DNA of 64,000 bases from Armatimonadota bacterium (GCA_039679675.1 JBDKUN010000028.1:96001-160000), one strand, 5' to 3'. Counted from the stretch's first letter, positions 28,376 through 38,539 are shown. Program-made: numbers and translations. The notes: generated by a model from the sequence alone, not told the origin.

Positions 28376-29173
28376 TTATTTGATATCAACCACAGAACCG
28401 GGAAACTTCAGCCTCTCTTTATTCGCTTCCCACCACGCAAGTGCCTCTTCGGTAGACCAGTTCAATTGATCCTCTCGAGCCTTCAATTCGGCGGGACTTA
28501 GTTTTGTAGCTATGACGGCATCCGCGTCAGTAAACCTTTTCATGATCGCAACCATTGGCAAGAACCGTTTGTCTCCACCCTTTATCTTCTGAATGATCAA
28601 TGGCAGCGCCTCAACCCCCTGAGACCTGATCCGGTCGAGTATATCCTTTTCTTTAGCTTTATCGCTCTCACTTTCAGGGTTCTTGGGGAGGCTTTCCAGC
28701 TCAGCATAAAGAGTATTGAACGTCTCAGGAAGCTTCTTGCGGCCTTCTTTCCACCACTTTACATACATCTCCATTTTAGCTTGATGATCACCAAACTTGC
28801 CCTCTGGCCATTCATCTTCACGGAATTTCTTGCAAGTAATAAACCATACTATTTCAAGATTGGCACCGCTAAACCGGTCGTTCCACTCGGGGTTGCTCAA
28901 TTCCTTCTCGAACTTTTCGATCATGAAAGGAACGACGCTGGGACCCATTGCTACTAACGCCTTTTCTTCAGGCAGGATTGCAGTGTAAGAGAGAAATGGG
29001 TTTTCACTGATCCATTTTCCTTGTGCTAAAACCCAGGCTTCATACTTACTGTCGAACTCTGCCCGTAGGTCCTTTGTGCCGGAAGGGGTTTCAGACGCGC
29101 AGCAATTCACTGCACCAAACGACAAGCAAACTACAAACAATACTGCTGTGATTACAACCGTTTTTGTATGCAT
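28376..29173 (-). CDS. hypothetical secreted helical protein with internal duplication
   Basis: GGAGG RBS, signal peptide; repeats MGPSVVPFMIEK/QGVEALPLIIQK and KWWKE/AWWEA. Confidence 0.7.
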   Translation of the reverse strand: MHTKTVVITAVLFVVCLSFGAVNCCASETPSGTKDLRAEFDSKYEAWVLAQGKWISENPFLSYTAILPEEKALVAMGPSVVPFMIEKFEKELSNPEWNDRFSGANLEIVWFITCKKFREDEWPEGKFGDHQAKMEMYVKWWKEGRKKLPETFNTLYAELESLPKNPESESDKAKEKDILDRIRSQGVEALPLIIQKIKGGDKRFLPMVAIMKRFTDADAVIATKLSPAELKAREDQLNWSTEEALAWWEANKERLKFPGSVVDIK

Positions 29174-29280
29174 TTCGGCCTCCTGATCAGGGTGTACTTG
29201 CACATAAGGATTAGACTCCTTATCAATCTCTTCGTAAGGGTTCAGAGTTGATAAGTGCAACTTCATTCCGGGCTGACACA

Positions 29281-29347
29281 ACGTCATTCCGAGCTTGACT
29301 CGGAATCCAGGAAGAAAATGGACCCTGAATCAAGTTCAGGGTGACGT
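29281..29347. repeat. CGTC-tagged REP doublet
   Basis: CGTCATTCCGAGCTTGACTCGGAATCCAG .. TGGACCCTGAATCAAGTTCAGGGTGACG: two inverted hairpin units. Confidence 0.8.
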
Positions 29348-29465
29348 CGGTTTGTTCAATGTGACGTCTTTCGTCAGTATAACGTGCTGGTTGCTCAGAA
29401 TGATATATAATTCTTATCAAGAGTGAGCTGTTACATCTCTTCGGGTGGGGACCAGCCCCCATCTT

Positions 29466-30374
29466 CTAGCTCCCAACCCCTCCTGTAAGCTCCCGCACGT
29501 CGTCGACGCTCATCTTTTCCATATAATCAGCAATTCCTTCCGCGACGGCGACGGTTGCGGCCGGGTTGACGAACGTTCCGGTCCCTACCGCTACGGCATC
29601 TGCTCCGGCGAGGAGGAACTCCACAGCATCGAGCCCATTTACGATCCCGCCCATGCCGATAATCGGGACATCCACCGCCTGCGCGACCTGCCAGACCATC
29701 CTGAGCGCGACAGGCTTCACTGCCGGGCCGGAAAGCCCTCCGGTGATGTTCGCGAGCTTGAATTTGCGTTTCCACGGGTCGATAGCCGTCCCAAGGAGCG
29801 TGTTTATGAGCGAAAGCGCGTCCGTCCCGGCGTCGACTGCTGCTTGAGCCATCTCTACGACATCAGTCACGTTCGGAGAAAGCTTCGTGATTACCGTAAG
29901 AGAAGTCGCCGCTCTCACTGCGCTGACTACCTCGGCAGTACCTTTGGCAGTCGTCCCGAAGGCCATGCAGCCTTCCTTAACGTTCGGGCAGGAGATGTTT
30001 ATCTCTATCCCTGAGACTCCTTCAGCCACATCCAGCCTCTTTGCGACCTCGGCGTAGTCCTCCACATTCTGCCCGACCACATTCACGATGACCGGAGTGT
30101 CGAAATTCCTCAAAAACGGGAGCTTTTTCTCGATAAAATCGTCCACGCCGTCGTTCTGCAGGCCGATTGCGTTCAGCATCCCGGCAGGAGTCTCGGCTGT
30201 GCGCGGGTAAGGGTTGCCCTTCCAGGGTTTCAGCGCTGTTCCTTTGACGACTATCGCCCCCAGTTTGTTCAAATCCACCAGGTCGGACAGTTCCTGACCG
30301 GAACCGAACGTGCCGGAAGCCGTCATTACGGGGTTTTTCATCCTGATCTTGCCGATCTCAACCGAAAGGTTCAT
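29466..30374 (-). CDS. pyrD: dihydroorotate dehydrogenase 1B catalytic subunit
   Basis: ASGTFG, NAIGLQN, NISCPN, KLSPNV, GGLSG. Confidence 0.97.
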   Translation of the reverse strand: MNLSVEIGKIRMKNPVMTASGTFGSGQELSDLVDLNKLGAIVVKGTALKPWKGNPYPRTAETPAGMLNAIGLQNDGVDDFIEKKLPFLRNFDTPVIVNVVGQNVEDYAEVAKRLDVAEGVSGIEINISCPNVKEGCMAFGTTAKGTAEVVSAVRAATSLTVITKLSPNVTDVVEMAQAAVDAGTDALSLINTLLGTAIDPWKRKFKLANITGGLSGPAVKPVALRMVWQVAQAVDVPIIGMGGIVNGLDAVEFLLAGADAVAVGTGTFVNPAATVAVAEGIADYMEKMSVDDVRELTGGVGS

Positions 30375-31210
30375 TCCCACACAAGCTCCTTTGCATCAAA
30401 AACCGGTCCATCCGTGCAGACCCGGCTGTAGCGCCAGTCTTCGCACGACTCATCGTGGTGGTCGCATGCCTTCGTGACGCAGCCCATGCAGACACCCAGC
30501 CCGCAGGCCATCGTGCTTTCGAGCGACACCTGGCAGCTATCAACTCCATGCACCCGGCAGACCCTCGCGACCTCGCGCATCATCGGCATCGGCCCGCATG
30601 AGTAGACCCTGGTGTTCACTCCGAGGTTCAAAGTCGATTTAAGGCAGTTGTCGAGGAGTTCCGTCACGAGGCCGTTGAACCCGAACGAGCCGTCATCCGT
30701 TGCGACTTCTACATTGACTCCGTGCGCGACGAACTCAGACTGGCAGAGAATCGCTGTGCCAGTCTTTGCACCGACGAGGACTGTCACGTTGCCGCAGCCG
30801 TGCTTATGACAGAGAGCATCCGACAGAAAATGGATTGGAGCAGCGCCGCACCCGCCCGCAACGAGCATGTGGTGGGCATTCGGGTCATCTCCGAGGTCGA
30901 AAGAGCTTCCGAGCGGACCGACGACACTCACCTTGTCGCCGACGTGCATATCTCTTAAAATTTTTGTCCCCCGCCCGATCACGTCGTAGAGGAGTGAAAA
31001 TGTGCCCTTTTCAGGATTGACCGCGTGGACGGAAAATGGACGTCTTAGGAGCGGGTCATAGCAATCGCACACCCGGACGTTCACGAACTGGCCGGGTTTC
31101 GCGGTTTTCGCTATGGTAGGTTCGACCAGCACGCTTCTGAAGATATGCGGAGCGACTTCAATTTGTTCTATTATCTCGCAATCGGCGATTATTCGTTTTG
31201 TTTGTATCAT
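30371..31210 (-). CDS. pyrK: dihydroorotate dehydrogenase electron transfer subunit
   Basis: [30 protein letters not shown] overlap with pyrD. Confidence 0.95.
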   Translation of the reverse strand: MIQTKRIIADCEIIEQIEVAPHIFRSVLVEPTIAKTAKPGQFVNVRVCDCYDPLLRRPFSVHAVNPEKGTFSLLYDVIGRGTKILRDMHVGDKVSVVGPLGSSFDLGDDPNAHHMLVAGGCGAAPIHFLSDALCHKHGCGNVTVLVGAKTGTAILCQSEFVAHGVNVEVATDDGSFGFNGLVTELLDNCLKSTLNLGVNTRVYSCGPMPMMREVARVCRVHGVDSCQVSLESTMACGLGVCMGCVTKACDHHDESCEDWRYSRVCTDGPVFDAKELVWE

Positions 31211-31221
31211 AATGCTGTAAT

Positions 31222-31926
31222 CTATTCTGCTTTAGGCGCGCTCGTTTTCGCCTGATGTTCATGGAGTTTTAAATCAAAAGTAAGCCTTATTTGTTGCTGA
31301 AAACCTCTTACTGTATAATAAAGAATGCACAATGCGTCTTGAGAGGGAGGGGTTTCATTATGTTCCTGCATATATTTTTCAAAAGCGTCCATACCCAATT
31401 TGTATTTATATTCCTCGCTGATGTTTGACGGCATTAGCCGTAAATCAATATTGTTTTCTTCGTAATCGTGAATTGATGTTTCGCACATAGAGCTGTATTT
31501 AAGATTCTTCCCTTTATCGGTTGTCTCCAGCTCCCAAAGAAAAGCACGCAGACCAAGTACAGGTACTCCTGGAGACATATTGCGTAATTGAATGCCTATT
31601 GCATTATCACTTGTTTCACTTATGTATTCATAGCCGCCACGAAAACGTATCTCAGGAGCATATTGTAGTAATCTTGAGAACATCATTTCCTCAAGTGTTT
31701 TAGCCATTATCTCAGTAGATTTTGAAGAGGATGATGCACTTCTGAAGCCTGCAACAGCTATATATGCACTAATAACAGCATATATGCCCGTAATTGGTAA
31801 AAGCAGCCAAGTGGCTTTGTTGGTACCGTTACTCATTGCGATACTGCCCAACCAAATGAATAATCCCATGGAAGCTGGAACAAACACTACATGCTCCCAA
31901 TACCTCCGCAACCAGCCTTGTTTCAT
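31222..31926 (-). CDS. hypothetical protein with two N-terminal TM helices, AT-rich
   Basis: 234-aa ORF with GAGG RBS, between the promoter and pyrK. Confidence 0.7.
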   Translation of the reverse strand: MKQGWLRRYWEHVVFVPASMGLFIWLGSIAMSNGTNKATWLLLPITGIYAVISAYIAVAGFRSASSSSKSTEIMAKTLEEMMFSRLLQYAPEIRFRGGYEYISETSDNAIGIQLRNMSPGVPVLGLRAFLWELETTDKGKNLKYSSMCETSIHDYEENNIDLRLMPSNISEEYKYKLGMDAFEKYMQEHNETPPSQDALCILYYTVRGFQQQIRLTFDLKLHEHQAKTSAPKAE

Positions 31927-31978
31927 AGTCTGTTCCTCTCATTTAACAAGTTCTTTTATGCTAAATCGCTACGGCTAC

Positions 31979-32007
31979 AGTTTACCTGCCAACGCACACC
32001 TGGTCAA
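31979..32007 (-). promoter_or_regulatory. sigma70 promoter for orphan-pyrK-pyrD
   Basis: Minus strand TTGACC-17nt-TAAACT. Confidence 0.55.
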
Positions 32008-32059
32008 CAGCCGCCGTGGTTCAGGGCAAACGCGTCTTATTTCGAAGCAGTACCAAAGG

Positions 32060-32248
32060 TTCTGAATCGCGAAATGCGCGAAGAAGCGCAAAAGATTCGA
32101 AACTCGACACCTACGGCGTCGGCTTCGGTGGCAAGCAAACCGAAGCAAGGTAAAAGGGATTGATGAAGACTTGGGGGTCTTATTGTAGATGCTTTAGGTC
32201 TCCACCATTCGTGAAATCCGTTAAATCCGCGTAATTCGCGTTTCAAAA
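32060..32248. repeat. TTYTGAAYCGCG inverted-repeat element
   Basis: ttctgaatcgcgaaatgcgcgaa.. / ..tccgcgtaattcgcgtttcaaaa. Confidence 0.7.
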
Positions 32249-32388
32249 TGACGGATAGTGAATGCCGATAGAAAAGCGGAAGCTGACGCTTCTGCACTCC
32301 AAAGAGATTAGTGGAGACTTGCACCATTCACACTAACCTCTATTCGCAAACTTTCCTCTTCTATATATAGATGCGTTTGCCCTCGCCG

Positions 32389-32416
32389 TTGACACTGACC
32401 GCGCGGGCGGTATAAT
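32389..32416 (+). promoter_or_regulatory. consensus sigma70 promoter
   Basis: TTGACA-16nt-TATAAT. Confidence 0.75.
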
Positions 32417-32459
32417 GGAATAGGCTCGTGAATAAAGCGGGTCAAAAGGAGTATATGGT

Positions 32460-33449
32460 ATGGATCAGGACAAACTGATTCGGAGTCTTAAACTTCAACT
32501 CCGTATAGAACGAACTGCCATCGCACTGGCTGCGGTTATATTTATAGTTTGGTGGGCTATCGGCAACTTCGCGGGCCGGGCCTATGTTATCACCGCCGAC
32601 GAGAAACCGTTAGCCTGTGTCGCGACGCGCACATCCGCGGAGCATGTAATCACGGAAGTAAAGGGAGCGGTAGCCGGAGCAAAACCTGCCGATATATCTT
32701 TCAAGGAATCGGTAGAGGTAAAAAGAGCTCCAGCCGATGCCGATGCCATGTCCGAGGCTGAAGCAGTGAAGTCCATTCTCGGAAAAGTGACGCTTCGAGT
32801 GAACAAGTACGCAATCCTCATCGGCGGAAAACCTGCGGTTGCGGTCGATACTGAGGAAGATGCAGGCGCTGTGCTGGAGGCCGCAAAAGCGCGGTTCGGT
32901 AGCATGGTCAAGAACCTGATGGAGGAGCCGCAGTTCAAAGAGCAGGTCGATGTCCGGCGGATGCCGGTAGACCTTGGGTTTTACCAGCCAAACATCGATG
33001 AAGCGGTAAACGACCTATTTACAGCGGGCGGATCGGGAACTTATGTTGTCGCATCGGGAGATGTAGCAAGCAAGATAGCGATGCGGCAGGGGATGTCCAT
33101 GTCGGAACTCGAAAGCCTGAACCCCGGCAAGAACATGGCAAAGCTGCAGATCGGCGAGGAGCTGCATGTGTCGAAATCCGGGGGCTCCGACAGGCCTAAA
33201 CTCACGGTAATAGTGCGAAACAGCGAAACGAAGACCGAACCGATCCCTTATACCACCGAGTCCGTATCCAGTGTCAAGCTGCCTGCGGGAAAACAGACTG
33301 AGCTTTCCCCAGGCCGGAATGGTTTGAGACAGGCGGTACGTGCCACATCCTATGAAAACGGCGTCCGCGCCGGTTCCGAAGTTGTCGAGGAGACGATTAT
33401 CCGAAATCCGGTCCCGCGACGGGTAGCGGTGGGTATCCGAACGCGTTAA
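32460..33449 (+). CDS. membrane-anchored LysM + G5 domain protein
   Basis: TM helix; YVVASGD..LESLNP..LQIGEEL (LysM); EPIPY..GRNG..VAVG (G5). Confidence 0.85.
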   Translation: MDQDKLIRSLKLQLRIERTAIALAAVIFIVWWAIGNFAGRAYVITADEKPLACVATRTSAEHVITEVKGAVAGAKPADISFKESVEVKRAPADADAMSEAEAVKSILGKVTLRVNKYAILIGGKPAVAVDTEEDAGAVLEAAKARFGSMVKNLMEEPQFKEQVDVRRMPVDLGFYQPNIDEAVNDLFTAGGSGTYVVASGDVASKIAMRQGMSMSELESLNPGKNMAKLQIGEELHVSKSGGSDRPKLTVIVRNSETKTEPIPYTTESVSSVKLPAGKQTELSPGRNGLRQAVRATSYENGVRAGSEVVEETIIRNPVPRRVAVGIRTR

Positions 33450-33496
33450 TCCGCTTTTGCCGAACTATCAAACTAAAAAAGCGAGCTGAAGATAAT

Positions 33497-34549
33497 ATGA
33501 CTAACGGTGTAGCTACTCTTGGAGATGTAGCTGAACGGGCAGGAGTATCAAAATCCACTGTTTCCCGCGTTCTGGCGGCAAAAAGGGGACAAAGGATACC
33601 GTTTTCCATAACAACCCAGGAGAAAGTCCGGGATGCGGCAAACGCACTTGGCTACAGGCCGAGTAAACTTGCGAGAGGTCTCACAAAGAGCAGGACAGGC
33701 ATCATAGGCCTGGTCGTGCCGTCCATCAAAAACAGTTTTTTCCCAAACCTTATTGATGCCATCGAGTCGCGTCTGACCGAAGAAGGTTTCAATGTCATTC
33801 TCGCGGATACGAATGCCGATCCATTGGTAGAACGGGCGAAAATCGAGGACCTGCTCTCCTGGCGGGTGGATGGACTTATCATAGCTCCGTGCCAGAAAAA
33901 CCCGGATGTGGGAATTTTTCAGGACTTAAAGCAGAAAAAGGTCCCTTTTGTCCTGGTCGACAGGAATTTCCCGCAAACTCCTTTCTATAGTGTTGTATCG
34001 GATGATTACTCCGGCGCGGTTATGATGACGGAGCACCTGCTGTCACTTGGCTACAGGCGAATAGCTGTGGTAAGCGACTCATTTACTATATCCACACACA
34101 GGCTGAGATATGCCGGTTACACGGACACTCTCATCCGCTATGGAATTACACCGGACCCGGCTCTGAGTATCCAGGCGGATGCGACCAGCGAAGGCGGCAG
34201 CGAAGCCATGCGCAGCATTATGGAGTTGCCCGGTCTTCCTGATGCGGTGTTCTTCTTCGGGGACCCCATGGTGATCGGCGCTATGAACGAATGTTTTTCA
34301 CACGGCATAAAAGTGCCGGAAGATATTGCAATGGCCGGATATGCCGATCTGAACTATGCAAGCGTTTTGAGGGCCCCTCTTACGACTGTGCGCCAGCCAA
34401 GAGGGCTGCTCGGTAAATTCGCAGTCGAAATACTGATCGCGCAGCTCAACGGCCACAACCCCGGCCAGTTCCAACTGAAACTGCCTGTAGAGTTGGTCAT
34501 CAGAGAGTCGTGCGGCGCTAATTCTGAAATTCCCCGTCGTATGTTATAA
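33497..34549 (+). CDS. LacI-family transcriptional regulator
   Basis: TLGDVAERAGVSKSTVSRVL HTH, LTTVRQP, LVIRESCG. Confidence 0.95.
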   Translation: MTNGVATLGDVAERAGVSKSTVSRVLAAKRGQRIPFSITTQEKVRDAANALGYRPSKLARGLTKSRTGIIGLVVPSIKNSFFPNLIDAIESRLTEEGFNVILADTNADPLVERAKIEDLLSWRVDGLIIAPCQKNPDVGIFQDLKQKKVPFVLVDRNFPQTPFYSVVSDDYSGAVMMTEHLLSLGYRRIAVVSDSFTISTHRLRYAGYTDTLIRYGITPDPALSIQADATSEGGSEAMRSIMELPGLPDAVFFFGDPMVIGAMNECFSHGIKVPEDIAMAGYADLNYASVLRAPLTTVRQPRGLLGKFAVEILIAQLNGHNPGQFQLKLPVELVIRESCGANSEIPRRML

Positions 34550-34556
34550 TATGTAC

Positions 34557-34651
34557 AGAGTTTCAGGAGATAAAGTAACAGCCTTAAAGCTAGGTAAACA
34601 GTTCTCTGATGTAGCTTTATCTGTTGATTTTACACTTATACCTGAAACTCT
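34557..34651 (+). ncRNA. candidate small structured RNA / long hairpin
   Basis: Nested AGAGTTTCAGG/CCTGAAACTCT, AACAG/CTGTT, AAAGCTA/TAGCTTT; TGnTATAAT ends 6 nt upstream. Confidence 0.3.
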
Positions 34652-34758
34652 TCCGGAAGATTTTCGGCAACAGACAATATATGATTGGCCGTTAATTAAT
34701 CAGCCGGAAATCTAAGGGATAATTATCCCGTAATTGACACTCGACTTGGAGGAGAAAG

Positions 34759-35673
34759 ACGACGTACGACACGATCATCATCGGCGGAGGCCCGGCGGGG
34801 CTGACAGCCGCAATATATTCCGCGCGCGCGCGGCTTAATACTCTCCTGGTGGAAAAAACATTTCCGGGCGGGCTTATGATGATCTCGGATTACATCGAGA
34901 ACTATCCGGGATTCGCAAGCGGAGTGTCCGGCACTGACCTCTGCACCGCAATGCGTGACCAGGTTGGGAAATTCGGTGCGGTTGTGCAGCTTTCGGAGAT
35001 CGCATCGGTCGATCTGACCGGGGCGGAGAAGCTCATCCGAACAGCTAAAGGGGAGCTTCGCGCAAAAACGGTTATTCTGGCGCTCGGTGCCAAGCCGCGA
35101 AGGCTCGGCGTGCCCGGGGAAAAAGAATTCCAGGGCCGCGGCGTCTCCTACTGCGCTACCTGTGACGGCCCGTTCTTCAAGGGCAAGAAGCTCGCGGTCA
35201 TCGGCGGCGGCGATTCGGCTGTAGAAGACTCCTGTTACCTCACCAAGTTTGCCGATGACGTTACGATAATCCACAGGCGGAACAAGTTCCGCGCGGCCAA
35301 GATGCTCCAGGAGAGGGCACTCTCCAATCCGCGCATAAAAGTGATGTGGGACAGCATCGTCGAAGAGATACACGGCAGCCCTTCCGTAGACCGGCTTATG
35401 ATCAAGGACCTGAAGACCAGTAAGCTCACGAACCTTAAAGTCGATGGCGTTTTCGTCCTCATCGGACAGGAACCGGACACAGTGTTCCTCAAAGGCCAGG
35501 TCGAATTGGACGAGTTCGGCTATATTCCGACCGACAGCGAGATGCGGACCAATCTGCCGGGTGTATTTGCCGCCGGTGATGTCCGCAAGAAGTCGTTCCG
35601 GCAGATCGTTACGGCCTGTGCTGACGGGGCTATTGCTGCAAACTCGGCTGAGAAGTACATAGAAACCCTGTAA
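34759..35673 (+). CDS. trxB: thioredoxin-disulfide reductase (start anomalous)
   Basis: YDTIIIGGGPAG in frame upstream of GTG 34849; GRGVSYCATCDG, GGGDSA, FAAGD. Confidence 0.9.
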   Translation, partial: TTYDTIIIGGGPAGLTAAIYSARARLNTLLVEKTFPGGLMMISDYIENYPGFASGVSGTDLCTAMRDQVGKFGAVVQLSEIASVDLTGAEKLIRTAKGELRAKTVILALGAKPRRLGVPGEKEFQGRGVSYCATCDGPFFKGKKLAVIGGGDSAVEDSCYLTKFADDVTIIHRRNKFRAAKMLQERALSNPRIKVMWDSIVEEIHGSPSVDRLMIKDLKTSKLTNLKVDGVFVLIGQEPDTVFLKGQVELDEFGYIPTDSEMRTNLPGVFAAGDVRKKSFRQIVTACADGAIAANSAEKYIETL

Positions 35674-35680
35674 TACCGAA

Positions 35681-35704
35681 CGGGCAGCGCCGTAAGGCTG
35701 CCCG
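35681..35704 (+). terminator. hairpin after trxB
   Basis: CGGGCAGC/GCTGCCCG stem; weak U tract. Confidence 0.45.
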
Positions 35705-35751
35705 CATCTTCTCTATTCCCACATTCCGTCCTCAGTGATAAACTATTTCTT

Positions 35752-36735
35752 ATGGACACCATCGACAGACAGCTTCTCAACTTGCTTCAGACGGAATTTC
35801 CGCTTGTACCTGAGCCGTTCAACGAGCTCGGAAAGAGGCTCAAGATCGGAGAAGGCGAAGTAATCCTGCGTGTGCAGTCGCTTAAGGATCAGGGGATTAT
35901 CCGCCAGATAAGTGCGATCTTCGATTCGCACGCCCTCGGCTACAGCAGTTCACTGGCCGCGTTTAGTGTCCCACGGGAGAGGGTAGAGCAAGTAGCGGAG
36001 ATTGTAAACGCTCACCCCGGCGTCAGCCACAACTACGAACGGGACCACGCTTACAATCTCTGGTTTACTATCACGGTCCCGCCGGGGACGGCCCCGGATG
36101 CGGAAGTGGACCGGCTGGCAGCCCAGGCAAATCCACTTGCTGTCAGGATGTTTCCGACGATAAGACTGTTCAAGATCGGGGTGGCTTTCGATATGGCCGG
36201 TGGAAAAGACGGAATCGATGCGGCAATCACTCAGTCCACTGCGGTTCGGCAGGAACCTGTCGAGCTAGATGAGCCGGATATTGCGGCTGTGCGCGCCCTC
36301 CAGCGGGACTTGCCGGTCGAGTCCAGGCCGTTCGCCTTACTTGCTGCACGTGCCGGGATGAAAGAAGATGAGCTTATCGCAAAAGCCAGGATGTTCCTCC
36401 AGCTCGGCGCCATGCGGCGGTATGCTGCTGTGCTCAAGCACCGTGAAGCCGGATATTCATCCAATGCAATGGCGGTCTGGAATGTCCCGAAGAATATGAT
36501 CGAGCATATCGGCCCCAAACTCGCACTGCACAAAGCCGTAAGCCACTGTTACGAGCGGCCCACTTACCCGGATTGGCCTTACTCAGTCTTCACGATGATC
36601 CATGGGAAGAGCATCGAAGACTGCGAAAATGCGGCGCGCGAACTTTCGAACACCACAGGGATCACTGACTATGTGCTCCTGTACAGCGGCCGGGAGTTCA
36701 AGAAAACGAGGGTGCTGTATTATGAGCAAGCGTAA
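35752..36735 (+). CDS. siroheme decarboxylase AhbA/AhbB (NirDL-like) fusion
   Basis: Two Lrp/AsnC-like halves: VSHNYER..YNLWFT and VSHCYERP..WPYSVFTMIH..EFKKT. Confidence 0.88.
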   Translation: MDTIDRQLLNLLQTEFPLVPEPFNELGKRLKIGEGEVILRVQSLKDQGIIRQISAIFDSHALGYSSSLAAFSVPRERVEQVAEIVNAHPGVSHNYERDHAYNLWFTITVPPGTAPDAEVDRLAAQANPLAVRMFPTIRLFKIGVAFDMAGGKDGIDAAITQSTAVRQEPVELDEPDIAAVRALQRDLPVESRPFALLAARAGMKEDELIAKARMFLQLGAMRRYAAVLKHREAGYSSNAMAVWNVPKNMIEHIGPKLALHKAVSHCYERPTYPDWPYSVFTMIHGKSIEDCENAARELSNTTGITDYVLLYSGREFKKTRVLYYEQA

Positions 36736-38473
36736 GACCGGGATAGACTGGCAGGAATGGTCTCCGGAGGCGCTGGACCGGGCAGAGAAAAGGAACTGTC
36801 CTGTGCTTCTGGCAATTACCGCCACCTGGTGCCATTGGTGCCACGTGATGGAGAATACGACATTCGAGAGCGAGCAAGTCACGCAGATCATAAACAGCCG
36901 GTTTGTCCCGGTCCGAGCCGATAACGACCGCCGTCCCGACCTGAACGCCCGCTACAATATGGGCGGATTGCCGACAATCGCGTTTCTCATGCCAAATGGC
37001 GATATTCTGACCGGTTCAACCTATGTGCCGCCGGGGCAGATGGCGGACATGCTCAACCGGGTAGCCGATGCCTACCGTGAAAAAGGCGCCGAGTTGGCCA
37101 AACGCGCGGAAGAGATACGAACACGCCGCGCGCAGGCCGGGCGCGAGATGGAATCTACCGTTATACTGAACGAAAGCATCCCCAGAAACATTATGAAGGC
37201 CATCGAGGGGACGTTCGACCCTGTTTATGCGGGGTTCGGCGCACAGCAGAAGTTTCCGCACGTCCCGGCGCTGGAGTTCCTGCTGGCGAACTTCCGCCGT
37301 ACGGGCAATCGCGAGCATCTGGAGATGGTCACCCGGACGTTGAACGCTATGCGGGAAAGCGGCGTGTACGATCAGGTCGAAGGAGGGTTCTTCCGCTATT
37401 CGACTACGCGGGACTGGAGCATCCCGCACTACGAAAAGATGCTCGAAGACAACTCAGGACTGCTCGGCGTGTTCATCCAGACATTCGGCCTGACCGGGGA
37501 AAAGAGCTATATCAAGACCGCAAGGGCGATAATGGGTTATCTTGGAAAGACTCTCTTCGATAAACAGACCGGCGCGTTCTTCGGAAGCCAGAACGCGGAC
37601 GAGGACTACTACCGGCTTCCGGCTGAAAACCGGGCAATAGCAGGTCCGCCGTCCGTTGACAGGACGATCCACATCAACTGGAACGCTCTGACGGTCGATG
37701 CTTATCTGAAGGCAAGTGAGACGACCGGCGTGCTGTCTTACCTGGGGCGGGCGCTCGGAACCCTTGGATTTCTTACCAACCACTGCCGCATGGACGGCGG
37801 GTTCTGCCATTATTTCGACGGTGAGCCGAAGGCTTTCGGGATGCTTACGGACCAGGTATGGACCGGAACGGCGCTCCTGCGGGCTTATGAGTGCACCGGA
37901 AACCGCAGGTTTATCGAGACCGCAAAAGATACTGCAGATTACATTCAGTCCCGGTTTGCCGACCCGAACGGAGGGTTCTTCGATGTCACGGAAGAGCGCC
38001 AAGAAGCTGAACAGCTGCCCTATAGGGAAAAACTGCTCGATGAGAACGCGCTGGCGGCTAGATTTCTGAACCGGCTGGCATATTATGCCCATGAATCGGC
38101 CTACAGGCGGAGCGCTGAGTCCACACTCCGCAGCATGGCGAGCGATTACGAGTCGTTCGGGATGCTTGCCGCGCCTTATGGGCTGGCCGTGATGGAACTG
38201 CTTGAGGAACCTGTGAGAATCGCCGTTGTGGGATCGCGTGAAGACCCACGGACGGAGGAACTTCTGACATCAACGCTCAAAGCGAAGGACCCTTCGACTC
38301 TGGTGCGGGTGCTTGACGAAGATTCCTCCCCGGAGGAGTTCAAGGACTTCGGCGCAGAACCTTCCGAAGAGCCGCGCGCGTCCATCTGCATAGGGGACAC
38401 CTGCCATACAACAAGCTCCGACCCACTGGAGGTCGAAGCCGCCATCCGAGAAGTCGAGCAGCGAATCTATTAA
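36722..38473 (+). CDS. DUF255 thioredoxin-domain protein (YyaL/SPATA20 family)
   Basis: WCHWCHVME, RPDL, GGFFRYST..PHYEKML. Confidence 0.9.
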   Translation: MSKRKTGIDWQEWSPEALDRAEKRNCPVLLAITATWCHWCHVMENTTFESEQVTQIINSRFVPVRADNDRRPDLNARYNMGGLPTIAFLMPNGDILTGSTYVPPGQMADMLNRVADAYREKGAELAKRAEEIRTRRAQAGREMESTVILNESIPRNIMKAIEGTFDPVYAGFGAQQKFPHVPALEFLLANFRRTGNREHLEMVTRTLNAMRESGVYDQVEGGFFRYSTTRDWSIPHYEKMLEDNSGLLGVFIQTFGLTGEKSYIKTARAIMGYLGKTLFDKQTGAFFGSQNADEDYYRLPAENRAIAGPPSVDRTIHINWNALTVDAYLKASETTGVLSYLGRALGTLGFLTNHCRMDGGFCHYFDGEPKAFGMLTDQVWTGTALLRAYECTGNRRFIETAKDTADYIQSRFADPNGGFFDVTEERQEAEQLPYREKLLDENALAARFLNRLAYYAHESAYRRSAESTLRSMASDYESFGMLAAPYGLAVMELLEEPVRIAVVGSREDPRTEELLTSTLKAKDPSTLVRVLDEDSSPEEFKDFGAEPSEEPRASICIGDTCHTTSSDPLEVEAAIREVEQRIY

Positions 38474-38539
38474 TTGCAATCTTCAAAATGTGGTATAATG
38501 CCAAAGGATTTACATTACTTAATCAAAAGGAGGCGCAAC

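Noticed and set aside
29411..29440. SAM-I riboswitch-like start TTCTTATCAAGAG
   Set aside because: Remaining core motifs are absent and the orientation is opposite to the local genes
31985..32040. ZTP riboswitch or PyrR attenuator upstream of pyr genes
   Set aside because: Only AACCAC resembles it; the segment is better explained as a promoter
32160..32208. Possible second GxxExxY remnant (LGGLIVDALGLH) inside the repeat element
   Set aside because: Too short and misaligned to support by eye
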